64,000 bases of DNA from Spirochaetia bacterium (GTDB lineage: Bacteria; Spirochaetota; Spirochaetia; CADAEX01), in the NCBI GenBank assembly GCA_963662795.1, contig OY759746.1, positions 1,440,001 through 1,504,000 of the forward strand, in the 5' to 3' direction. Within the stretch, counting starts at the first letter, position 1. Each line of letters opens with the position of its first letter. Below are positions 20,192-29,648 of the stretch, one piece after another. Under the pieces are notes generated by a model. The model had not been told where the DNA came from. It made no database searches and saw only the letters and a list, made by a program, of their open reading frames with translations. Both the position numbers and the translations under genes were made by a program.

Positions 20192-20977
20192 ATGGAAATT
20201 AAAAATACTTCAATAAGAGAAAAGGCAAATTTATATCTTGATACTTATGAATATATAAATAGCGTATTTGAAAAAAACTTTGGATATTCACTTTATTTTA
20301 TCGGCGGTACACTACTGGGATATATAAGAGAGAATGATTTTCTTGAAAATGATAAGGATATGGATATTTCATATTTTTCAAAATATGAAAATGTATCAGA
20401 TGTAAAAAAAGAGATGATTGAGATATGTGAAAAACTTATCGAGCTTGATGAACCATTAATTTTTATCAGATCAGGATTTACTACTGTAAAATATTTCATT
20501 AAATATAAAATTAATGAAACAGAAGATGACAGAATTGATATAATGCCTACATGGATTCAAAATGGAAAAATATACAGACCGACATTTGTCGGTTATAATG
20601 GTACCAGAGAAATTATCTTTCCTCTAAGGAAGGAAATATTTTATGGTCATAATGTATACATTCCGAATCAGGCGGAAATGAAACTTGCCAAAGTCTATGG
20701 GGAGAGCTGGAGGATTCCTGATAAAGATTTTAAAAAAAAGAAAAGACGCGACCGAGACACGATAAAAGTAATTACTGAACAACTTTATTATGGTGATGAA
20801 TGCAGATATCTTGTAAAAAAAACAAAGCAATGGAAGGATTTATCACCTTTTATGAAGATGGTATTGAATATTATTCTTATGCGAAGACATAACTTAATTT
20901 CCAAAATATTGCCTAAATCCGGAAAAATTAAACGAAAAATATTGAAAAAAATAAATTCGATAATCAGGAAAAAATAA
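20192..20977 (+). CDS. LicD-family phosphotransferase
   Basis: GGTLLGYIRE…DKDMD, RIDI, YGESWRIP. Confidence 0.75.
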   Translation: MEIKNTSIREKANLYLDTYEYINSVFEKNFGYSLYFIGGTLLGYIRENDFLENDKDMDISYFSKYENVSDVKKEMIEICEKLIELDEPLIFIRSGFTTVKYFIKYKINETEDDRIDIMPTWIQNGKIYRPTFVGYNGTREIIFPLRKEIFYGHNVYIPNQAEMKLAKVYGESWRIPDKDFKKKKRRDRDTIKVITEQLYYGDECRYLVKKTKQWKDLSPFMKMVLNIILMRRHNLISKILPKSGKIKRKILKKINSIIRKK

Positions 20978-20995
20978 ATTATTAAAGGGATACTT

Positions 20996-21424
20996 ATGAA
21001 AATTATTGGATACACAACAGGAGTTTTTGACCTTTTTCATGTGGGTCATCTGAATATTCTTCGAAACGCAAGGCTTGAATGCGACTATCTTATTGTTGGT
21101 ATTACTACAGACGAATTGTCAGAAGAAAAAAAAGGGAAAAAACCGATTATTCCGTTTTCTGAGAGAATGGAAATAGTTGAAAATATCAAATTCGTTGATA
21201 ACGTAGTACCACAGACAAATTATAATAAGATGGAGGCCTGGAATAATCTTCATTTTAACAAAATGTTTGTTGGTGATGACTGGAAAGGCAGTGATAAATG
21301 GCAACAGCTGGAAGATGATTTTAAAAAACTTGGAGTAGAAATATGTTATTTCCCTTATACAAAACATACTTCAAGTACAAAGATTAGAAATATTATTGAC
21401 GCCATGGAAAAAATGGAAGAATAA
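20996..21424 (+). CDS. tagD: Glycerol-3-phosphate cytidylyltransferase-like
   Basis: GVFDLFHVGH (HxGH), VGDDWKG, YTKHTSSTK. Confidence 0.85.
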   Translation: MKIIGYTTGVFDLFHVGHLNILRNARLECDYLIVGITTDELSEEKKGKKPIIPFSERMEIVENIKFVDNVVPQTNYNKMEAWNNLHFNKMFVGDDWKGSDKWQQLEDDFKKLGVEICYFPYTKHTSSTKIRNIIDAMEKMEE

Positions 21425-21440
21425 CAGAAGGGGTAACTGG

Positions 21441-22214
21441 ATGTCGCGTATAAGAGGCAAGGCACATGAATTCTTAAATGCATATGAGCATATGAACGAT
21501 GTAATGGAAAAGAAATTTGGATACAGCCTTTATTTTATAGGAGGTACCCTTCTTGGATATATCCGGGAAAATGATTTTCTCGAAAATGATAAGGATATGG
21601 ATATTTCTTATTTTTCAAAATATACCAATGTGTCTGATGTAAGGAAAGAAATACTTGATATTATAGATACTTTGATTAATTCAGGCGAACAGCTTTATTT
21701 TATAAGAAGCAGTTATTCAATAGTTAATAAATATTTCAGATGGCAGGTTGATGAAAGGGACCGGATTGATATAATGCCCACCTGGTGCCAGGATGGTATG
21801 ATATACCGGCCGACTTTTGTTGCATACAAAGGTAATAGTGATATAATTTTACCTTTAAAAAAAGAAAAATTTTATGGACATAATATTTATATCCCCAATA
21901 AACCTGAATTAAAACTTGCCAACGTATATGGCGAAACCTGGAAAATACCTGACTCCGGATTTAAAAAAGATTCGAGGAGAAATATTTATTCCGCAGATAT
22001 ACTTGAAAAGCAATTAAATTTCGCAGATGAAGCATGGCTATTTGCTAAAAGAACACGGCAATGGAAAGATTTTTCATTTATTGAAAAAGCATTCATGAAT
22101 CTTGTTGTAAAACAGAAAGTTAAGGTTATTGCAAAAATACTGCCAAACAGAAAATGGTTTAAAAAAAAGATTTTTATGAAACTAAGGAAATTGCTAAAAA
22201 ACGATAAAATCTGA
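21441..22214 (+). CDS. LicD-family phosphotransferase, paralog of 20192..20977
   Basis: Identical YSLYFIGGTLLGYIRENDFLENDKDMDISYFSKY block; ATG at 21441 with GAAGGGG upstream preferred over TTG at 21396. Confidence 0.75.
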   Translation: MSRIRGKAHEFLNAYEHMNDVMEKKFGYSLYFIGGTLLGYIRENDFLENDKDMDISYFSKYTNVSDVRKEILDIIDTLINSGEQLYFIRSSYSIVNKYFRWQVDERDRIDIMPTWCQDGMIYRPTFVAYKGNSDIILPLKKEKFYGHNIYIPNKPELKLANVYGETWKIPDSGFKKDSRRNIYSADILEKQLNFADEAWLFAKRTRQWKDFSFIEKAFMNLVVKQKVKVIAKILPNRKWFKKKIFMKLRKLLKNDKI

Positions 22215-22274
22215 ACATTAAAATTCAGATTTTATTGAATTGAAAAATGTATCTTCCGAAAGGGATTATGAATT

Positions 22275-23321
22275 ATGAAACAGCTTGGGATTTGCGGGCA
22301 TTTCGGGTCGAATGAAAATATTAACGGGCAGATGGTAAAGACCAGAATTTTAACAAGTGAGCTGACAGACTATTTCGGGAAAGATGAAGTTGTGCTGGTT
22401 GATTCGTTCGGCTGGAAAAATCGCTCGTTCAGGCTTTTTTTTGAATGCGTAGGTCTTTCAATTAAATGCAGAAACGTCCTCATACTTCCGGCGGCCGGAG
22501 GCATTAAAGTCTTTGCACCCCTTTTTGCCCTGCTCTGCGGTTTATTCAGACGGAAGCTGCATTATTCGGTAATCGGAGGATGGCTCCCTCTTCTGCTTTC
22601 AGAAAACAGGGGACTGATTAAATATATTAAAAGCATGACCGCCGTTTATGTTGAGACAGAATCCATGAGAAAGAGCCTTTCGGAACTCGGAATCGCGAAC
22701 GCGGTTTTTATGCCCAATTTCAAAAGCATAAGTGTGCTAAAGAAAAAAGACCTTCCCGGCAGCTATAAGGAACCCTATTCACTCTGCACTTTTTCACGTG
22801 TAAAAAAAGCGAAGGGAATACTTGATGCCATTGACGTGATTAAGAAGTTTAACGGAAAAACCGGCAAAAAAGTGTTTGCACTTGATATATACGGAAGCAT
22901 TGATGAAGATTTTGAGCAGGAATTTAAAGCTGCAGTTTCGGATAACAACAGTTTTGTGAATTACAAGGGAGTGGCTGAATTCAGTAAATCAACGGAAATA
23001 CTTAAAAATTATTTCGCCCTCCTTTTTCCCACATACTATGACGGTGAGGGATTTCCCGGGACTGTAATTGACGCGTTTTCGTCAGGACTTCCTGTTATTG
23101 CGACCGACTGGCTTTACAACAGTGAAATTGTAACAGACGGGGTAACCGGATACATTTATAATATTACTGAAAATGACAGGACCTCCGGCCTGTTTGAAGT
23201 CCTGACCGCTGTATACAATTCTCCGGATTCACTAATCCGGATGAAAAAAAACTGTCTTCTTGAAGCTAAAAAATATGATTCATCAGCTGTAATGAGAACC
23301 ATGATTAAGAGGATGGAATAG
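22275..23321 (+). CDS. Glycosyltransferase family 4
   Basis: FSRVKKAKG, FPTYYDGEGFPGTVIDAFSSGLPVIATD. Confidence 0.88.
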   Translation: MKQLGICGHFGSNENINGQMVKTRILTSELTDYFGKDEVVLVDSFGWKNRSFRLFFECVGLSIKCRNVLILPAAGGIKVFAPLFALLCGLFRRKLHYSVIGGWLPLLLSENRGLIKYIKSMTAVYVETESMRKSLSELGIANAVFMPNFKSISVLKKKDLPGSYKEPYSLCTFSRVKKAKGILDAIDVIKKFNGKTGKKVFALDIYGSIDEDFEQEFKAAVSDNNSFVNYKGVAEFSKSTEILKNYFALLFPTYYDGEGFPGTVIDAFSSGLPVIATDWLYNSEIVTDGVTGYIYNITENDRTSGLFEVLTAVYNSPDSLIRMKKNCLLEAKKYDSSAVMRTMIKRME

Positions 23322-23332
23322 AAAGGATTATT

Positions 23333-24274
23333 ATGGCAATTTTTACACCGTTTAAAAAACTTTACATAAAATATATAGGGAACAGGCGCAATGCTCATTA
23401 TATCCGCATGAAATACACCCTTAATGATGAAAATTATTTTACAGGTGATGAAAATGCTTGTTTCAACATAGCTATTGCCGCAATATTCAAGGGAGAGGAC
23501 CAGTATCTTAAGGAATGGATAGAGTTTCACCTGATTACAGGGGTAGAGCATTTCTTTCTCTATGATAACGGGGACTGTGAAAGTTCCAGGAATATTCTGA
23601 AACCCTACATTGAAAAAGGAATAGTAACTTATATACCGTTTCCTGAATTTCCTGAAAAAATATTAAGAAGCAGTTATGGAAAGGAGAATTTCAGCAAGCT
23701 TAGCATGCAGAACCTCGCCATGGGGGATTGCGTGATAAATTATTCAAGGCATTTCAACTGGCTGGTTAAAATAGATATTGATGAGTTTTTGTATCCTCTT
23801 CCCCCCTATGAATCACTCTCCGATGTTTTCCGGCTTCTTGACGGTGAAAATATTAAAGGAATGGCTTTCCGGGCATCGCGGTTCGGCCCATCGGGACAGG
23901 AAAAAAACTCTGTTCTTCCTGTTATAGAAAGATTTACAAAAAGATACCCTGCCTGGGACCGCAACTGGAAAGTTGCCGGGAAGAGTTCGTGTATAGCTGA
24001 AGGAACAGGGTATCACACCTGTCATAAATTTTTTTACACCTTTAATCCCTTTAAAAAAGAACTTGATGACGAAATTACATCAGAATATATTCATCTCAAT
24101 CATTACTATATAAAGTCACGGGAAGAATACCTTGCGAAAATTGAATATCATTCCGCGGGGCACAAGGCAGGAAAGGAGAAAGCTGATAAATGGCCTGATG
24201 CCGATAAGAAAGCAAATTTTGATGATGAAAGGCAAATATTCAGGTTTCTGGACAGACTGAAGGAAAGGCTTTAA
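23333..24274 (+). CDS. Glycosyltransferase family 92 / DUF23-like
   Basis: YLKEWIEFH, FFLYDNG, IDIDEF, LNHYYIKSREE. Confidence 0.8.
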   Translation: MAIFTPFKKLYIKYIGNRRNAHYIRMKYTLNDENYFTGDENACFNIAIAAIFKGEDQYLKEWIEFHLITGVEHFFLYDNGDCESSRNILKPYIEKGIVTYIPFPEFPEKILRSSYGKENFSKLSMQNLAMGDCVINYSRHFNWLVKIDIDEFLYPLPPYESLSDVFRLLDGENIKGMAFRASRFGPSGQEKNSVLPVIERFTKRYPAWDRNWKVAGKSSCIAEGTGYHTCHKFFYTFNPFKKELDDEITSEYIHLNHYYIKSREEYLAKIEYHSAGHKAGKEKADKWPDADKKANFDDERQIFRFLDRLKERL

Positions 24275-24278
24275 ACAA

Positions 24279-25646
24279 TTGAGAAAAGTTATACGGGACA
24301 TTGCCGGGAAACTGTCTGAAAAACTGGTAAGGATTATGCCTTTCAGGTATTTCCCCGCATCGCATATTCTGCTGGAGCAGTTTTTCAGATACAGGATGAG
24401 GAAAAATGATTTCAGGGCAGTAAGGGATTACTGCCTTTATTTTTCAGAAAAACCTGGTTCACCTGATAAAATAAAAAAAATATCAGCTGATTACTTCTGT
24501 AAAATAAGCCTTGATGACAAGCCTGATATTGATGTAATAAAAAACTTAAGGACCGGATATCAGGAAAAAATATCACAGAGCCTGGATTTTCTTGCTTCGG
24601 GTGAAAAAGAGAAGGCATGTTCTTCATTCGTGGATGCCCTGCCTTTCGCCGGAATTCCACGGCCGGCTGCCTCTCATCTTGAAAAGGCTTTCAGTATTGT
24701 CACAGGCAGCTCTTCAGGGGAAAAAAAGGCTTCTGCCTGCGGTGACTCAGAAAATGATTATAGGCAGGCGAAAAAAATAATCCTTTCCGGAATGTACTGG
24801 AGCGGCACCGGCGCTTTGTATGATTTCTTCAGGGAGTTTGAGGATGTAAAGGCCTTGCCTGTTGAGCAGCGGCTCTGGAAGGAATCGGACTACAGCCTCG
24901 GCTGGGGGCTTAAAAATATAGAGACAATTGATGATGAAGGTTTGAGACAATACTTTTTGAGGCTTTTTCTGATACCCCTTACCGGGCTTGCCATGCCCCG
25001 ATGCTGGCAGGATGTTCTCGGCGGAAAAGTCGGCATTAATTCAGTTAAAAATGATAAAAACGGAAAATATTCGCTTTCCATATCTAAATTCTTTAGTACA
25101 ATAACAGATTTGAGAGCGGAAAAAAAGCTTGATTATTCCTCTTTTTTAAGCTCTTCTGCTGTATTTACTGACCGGCTTCTAAACGCGCTTTCGGGTGATT
25201 TCAGCGGAAGTATCCTTCCTGACAACGCTGTTCATATCGGCGATATTGAGAATTTCAGATTTTTCAGCAACGCGCACCTTGTTTGTGTTTTCAGGGACCC
25301 CCGCTCAAATTACGCTGCGCGTTATCACGAAAACATTCGGTTCAGAAAAAATCCTGAGGACTTTATAAAATACTACCGCGGGACAAGGGAAAATTATGTT
25401 AAGCAATTGTCCGCCTTTAAGGACTGTTCAGATAAAATCATTGAAGTGCAGTTTGAGGATTTTATTCTCTCGGAAGAATACAGAAAATCGCTTGCTGAAA
25501 AGCTTGGTCTTGATCATTCACTCTGGAGCAGGCGTAAGTATTTCAGGGCCCATAAATCGGTGAAGAATGTTTACAATTACAGGAATTTCTCCGACAAAGC
25601 AGTCATGGATTTAATCGGCAGCTCGCTTAAGGAGTACTGTGTTTGA
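24279..25646 (+). CDS. Sulfotransferase-fold (P-loop) protein
   Basis: SGMYWSGTGALYD (5'-PSB-like) and VFRDPRSNY (3'-PB-like), FEDF. Confidence 0.55.
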   Translation: MRKVIRDIAGKLSEKLVRIMPFRYFPASHILLEQFFRYRMRKNDFRAVRDYCLYFSEKPGSPDKIKKISADYFCKISLDDKPDIDVIKNLRTGYQEKISQSLDFLASGEKEKACSSFVDALPFAGIPRPAASHLEKAFSIVTGSSSGEKKASACGDSENDYRQAKKIILSGMYWSGTGALYDFFREFEDVKALPVEQRLWKESDYSLGWGLKNIETIDDEGLRQYFLRLFLIPLTGLAMPRCWQDVLGGKVGINSVKNDKNGKYSLSISKFFSTITDLRAEKKLDYSSFLSSSAVFTDRLLNALSGDFSGSILPDNAVHIGDIENFRFFSNAHLVCVFRDPRSNYAARYHENIRFRKNPEDFIKYYRGTRENYVKQLSAFKDCSDKIIEVQFEDFILSEEYRKSLAEKLGLDHSLWSRRKYFRAHKSVKNVYNYRNFSDKAVMDLIGSSLKEYCV

Positions 25647-26845
25647 AGAAGTTTATACAATCAGTAATCAGTAAATTTCCCCGGAGCGCCGTAAAAATAC
25701 TTGTAAAACTTAAAAACTGCACCTACTGCCGGTTTTTCCATCTGTTCCCGGTTCAGAAAAACAAGATTGTCATAAGCAACTTTTTCGGCAACGGATACGG
25801 TGACAGCCCGAAGTATATTGCAGAAAAACTGATTGACAGCAATGAAAACTATGAAATAGTATGGCTGCTTAAAAAGAATTTGTCCGGGAAAGCTCTGTTT
25901 CCTGAACAGATAAAAACCGTAAGATACGGTTCATTCAGGGCGTTATATGAGCTCGCGACAGCTAAAATATGGATTGATAATACCAGGAAGGCGGCCTGCC
26001 CCCCCAAAAGAAAAAGTCAGTATTATATCCAGACATGGCACAGTTTTTTAAGATTAAAAAAAATCGAAAAAGACGCCGGGGAGTTTTTATCTGATACTTA
26101 TGTGGAAAGGGCGAAAATAGATTCAGGTAATTGCGACCTCATGATTTCAGGGTGCGATTTCAGCCATGATATCTACAAAAATTCATTCTGGTATGACGGT
26201 GAGATTCTTAAATGCGGAACACCGAGATGCGACGTTTTTTTCGGCGATACAGCATGTGTCAAAGAAAAAGTATTTGAATATTTCGGAATAACAGGTTCAT
26301 GCGGCCTGATTTTACACGCGCCCACATACCGCAGCGGTTCGTCTGCCGGACCGTATCTCATTGACTATGAAAAAATTATCGCCGCGGCAGGGATCAGATT
26401 CAAAGGAAACTGGAAAATTCTTGTCAGGCTCCATCCTAAAGCGGCATCTTTATCTGACAAGATAGATTATAATGAAAATATTCTTGATGCTACTTGCTAT
26501 GATGACATGCAGGAATTGCTTGCCGCATCTGATATACTGATCACGGATTATTCATCCAGCATGTTTGACATGATAGTCGCTGAAAAATTATGCCTGATTC
26601 ACGCTCCCGATCTTGAGGAATACATTGCAAGGGAAAGGGATCTGTATTTTACCATGGGCCAGCTGCCGTTTCCGGTGTCGGGTAGTATTGATGAGTTAAT
26701 CAATAATATAAAAAATTATGATTCCGGTGATTATAAATCAAAACTTAAGCTGTTTGGTAAAAAAGTAAATATCCATGAAAACGGGCATGCTTCAGAGATT
26801 TTGGCGGAAATAATCAGAAATAAGTTAATAGACAAAAAGAATTAG
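25643..26845 (+). CDS. CDP-glycerol:poly(glycerophosphate) glycerophosphotransferase (TagF/TagB)
   Basis: YIQTWH, GTPRCD, HAPTYR, RLHP, ITDYSS. Confidence 0.88.
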   Translation: MKKFIQSVISKFPRSAVKILVKLKNCTYCRFFHLFPVQKNKIVISNFFGNGYGDSPKYIAEKLIDSNENYEIVWLLKKNLSGKALFPEQIKTVRYGSFRALYELATAKIWIDNTRKAACPPKRKSQYYIQTWHSFLRLKKIEKDAGEFLSDTYVERAKIDSGNCDLMISGCDFSHDIYKNSFWYDGEILKCGTPRCDVFFGDTACVKEKVFEYFGITGSCGLILHAPTYRSGSSAGPYLIDYEKIIAAAGIRFKGNWKILVRLHPKAASLSDKIDYNENILDATCYDDMQELLAASDILITDYSSSMFDMIVAEKLCLIHAPDLEEYIARERDLYFTMGQLPFPVSGSIDELINNIKNYDSGDYKSKLKLFGKKVNIHENGHASEILAEIIRNKLIDKKN

Positions 26846-26854
26846 GAGATCACG

Positions 26855-27994
26855 TTGAATATCGTAGTTGAGAATATTGTAAAAAATTCTTTAGGCAGAG
26901 GTATGATACAATTTGGATTTATTATTCTTAAAATAGTAAAAAATTTATCTATATATAATTTTGCCTATTACTTTTACCCAATTAATCCTCCTGAAAAGCC
27001 AGGCTATGTGACATCTGCCGGCAGAAAAGGAATCTCAGGATTTGCTATTGGAAGTGAAAAGGATGTCCCTTCAAAGATCGAACTTCTGGTTGACGGCAAC
27101 GTGATAAATACAACTTACGCTGCGCAGAAAATATATTCCCCTTCAAAATATTACGGTGAATTTACAGGATTTTATTTTCCGATGAAACATCTATGGAATT
27201 TAATTGATAAAAAACAAAAAATTGAAGTTTTAGCAGAAGGAAAACCTCTCAGATTCCGTGCCGGTAAAAATGGGGAAGCCGTGATTCCAAATTTGGGTAA
27301 ATTGGGAACGAATGAAAAAAAATCTGAAAAAAATATTATTGATTATATATCAGAAGGTAATTTGATTAATAAATTTGGACGATTACAGCCGCCAAGAAAT
27401 AAAAATATTGAATGGACTACAAAAGTATTATCATCTTTTATTTATGTTAATCAGTTGTTTGAGAAATATTTTAAAAAGCAGCTTTTCGTTTTTTACGGGG
27501 GGCTTCTCGGCTTTGCAAGAGAAGGTGGTATAATCTCTCATGACTGTGATATGGACCTTGCGTATTTCAGCGAGGAAACCGATGCTGACAAGGTCCGGGA
27601 TGAGTTTTATAGGATAGCGGAAAAACTGATAAGGGAGTGCAGTGATCTTGTTATTTCTGTGTCTAAAATTAATTTTACAAAAATGAAAGTAAGTATTACC
27701 CCTGCCTGGATAACCCCGGATGGTGATTTTGCATGCACCTTTGCCTATGTAGGCGATAAATTTAAAGTAACAAGGGAAGATATCCTGCCGCTTAAAAAGA
27801 CAGAGTATGAAGGTTATGAGTTAAACCTTCCCGCCAATCCTGTGAATGTTGTAAAATACCTTTACGGCAGAGGCTGGAAGTATCCTGACCCGGGGTGGAA
27901 ATGGCTGATTGAGTATAAGCTGCGACCGGCAATATTTAAAGCAAGACTTACAAGTTCTCAGGTTAAAAAATTAAACAAAATTATTTCTCAATAA
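26855..27994 (+). CDS. LicD-family phosphotransferase with extra N-terminal domain
   Basis: YGGLLGFAREGGIISHDCDMD, LYGRGWKYPD; AGGAG upstream of TTG start. Confidence 0.7.
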   Translation: MNIVVENIVKNSLGRGMIQFGFIILKIVKNLSIYNFAYYFYPINPPEKPGYVTSAGRKGISGFAIGSEKDVPSKIELLVDGNVINTTYAAQKIYSPSKYYGEFTGFYFPMKHLWNLIDKKQKIEVLAEGKPLRFRAGKNGEAVIPNLGKLGTNEKKSEKNIIDYISEGNLINKFGRLQPPRNKNIEWTTKVLSSFIYVNQLFEKYFKKQLFVFYGGLLGFAREGGIISHDCDMDLAYFSEETDADKVRDEFYRIAEKLIRECSDLVISVSKINFTKMKVSITPAWITPDGDFACTFAYVGDKFKVTREDILPLKKTEYEGYELNLPANPVNVVKYLYGRGWKYPDPGWKWLIEYKLRPAIFKARLTSSQVKKLNKIISQ

Positions 27995-28048
27995 AATTTT
28001 ATTAAAAAGACTTCAAAATAATAAACCAAATTATAAAAGGAGTTTCAT

Positions 28049-29611
28049 ATTAAAAAAATAACCATATTGTTCTTTGCCTTTTTATGGACAATTCCGCTGT
28101 ATGCCCAATATTTCAACCTGGAAAAAGAAACAGAATATCTGCAAAAAGCATATTTACAGAACTCAGTTGTTTTTCCGACAACATCATATCCGGTCTCAAG
28201 ACGGCACCTGATTATCATAGCCGAAAATCTGGAAGGTATGCTTTCAGATCCGGTAGAGAAGGCAGAGGTGCAGGATGTTATCCTGAAGCTAAAAACTAAA
28301 GGCAATATCGGTGTCAAAGTAAAATCAACATTTGTTTATAATCATCAAAGTGAAAACCTTTGGGATGATTATTATGAGAATTTTTTCGGTATACCCCCCC
28401 TTTTTGAAATTTATGCTGTAATAAGCAGCGACAGGGTTGCCCTTGAGGCAGGTGAAACCTGGCGGCGGCAGTTTGAGTCCTTTCCTGAAACAAATCTGCC
28501 TGAAACCAGGGAAGGCGATTTTATTGCTATGGAAAACCAGTTCCTGTCGCTCGGTCTTTTTTCCTATCAGTTTGAGGAAATGGAATTCCTTCTCGGGAGA
28601 ACCCCTGTCCATTTCGGGGACCCATCGTTTAATTCTCTTTTGCCTTCTGACCGCCTTCCCTTTATGGATATTGCAGGCCTGAAAATACCTGTAGGCCCGT
28701 TTGAGCTTGTCGGGCAGATCGCGACACTCGAGAACCGGAAAGCAAAGGAAGACCAATACGATTCCGGAGGGGAGTTCGAATTCGGCAGCAATACGATAAT
28801 GACCGCTTTGCATAAATTTGAATACTCAAGTACCTGGATAAGGGTTTCCGTTACAGGTTTTTCAATTATATCAAGGCCTGATAACGGGTTTATGCTCGGC
28901 GATGTATTTCCTGTTTTTTCCTGGCACACAGCTGATGTCGGATGGCATAATCTTTCTCTTATCGGTGATTTTTCCGTATCTCCCTTCAGGGGCTTAAATA
29001 TGTTTTTTCAGACAGGATTTGACGATATTAACGCGAGCGATGTATTCGGGATAAATGATTCTGAAATCCCAACTATACAGGCCGCCATTATCGGTCTGTC
29101 TTATATTAAAGATATTAATGATAAGCGTCAGATCGGGATTGATTTTGAACTTGGAAAAACCCATTATCTCTGGGGCAATTTTTATGACGGAGTTACCTCT
29201 GATCCTGATGAGGGTGACCATTATTTTGAAAAAGCGGTTTACAGGGTTTTTATGGATAAGGAGAACAGAATTCTTCCCCTTACTTCCCCGTACGGGCCGG
29301 GGGCTTTCTGGAATGAAATATCTGTCAGCCTGAAAGGAAATACCTTCTTCCACTACAGCTTAAAATATTTTCATCTTACCAAAAACACTCTTGCGGACCT
29401 AATCAAAACACCATTCAAAGCTGATACAGATATTGAGGAAGGGCCGCGGGATGTTATCAGAAACATCAGCATTATGGCTGAATATATTCCCTCTGATAAT
29501 CTTACGCTTTTTGCTGAACCGGGGCTGCTTCTTTACAATGATGATCTGTCCTTTGATTTTATGATCGGGGGAACAATAACCTTTTCAAAATTCGGCAATT
29601 ATAATAAGTAG
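28049..29611 (+). CDS. Outer-membrane beta-barrel, Wzi (capsule assembly)-like; probable ATT start
   Basis: Signal peptide (M)KKITILFFAFLWTIPLYA; LGRTPVHFG…SLL motif; alternating beta-strand pattern. Confidence 0.55.
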   Translation: MKKITILFFAFLWTIPLYAQYFNLEKETEYLQKAYLQNSVVFPTTSYPVSRRHLIIIAENLEGMLSDPVEKAEVQDVILKLKTKGNIGVKVKSTFVYNHQSENLWDDYYENFFGIPPLFEIYAVISSDRVALEAGETWRRQFESFPETNLPETREGDFIAMENQFLSLGLFSYQFEEMEFLLGRTPVHFGDPSFNSLLPSDRLPFMDIAGLKIPVGPFELVGQIATLENRKAKEDQYDSGGEFEFGSNTIMTALHKFEYSSTWIRVSVTGFSIISRPDNGFMLGDVFPVFSWHTADVGWHNLSLIGDFSVSPFRGLNMFFQTGFDDINASDVFGINDSEIPTIQAAIIGLSYIKDINDKRQIGIDFELGKTHYLWGNFYDGVTSDPDEGDHYFEKAVYRVFMDKENRILPLTSPYGPGAFWNEISVSLKGNTFFHYSLKYFHLTKNTLADLIKTPFKADTDIEEGPRDVIRNISIMAEYIPSDNLTLFAEPGLLLYNDDLSFDFMIGGTITFSKFGNYNK

Positions 29612-29648
29612 TATTTTCAATACCGGCCTTAATTAAGGAGAATTATCA

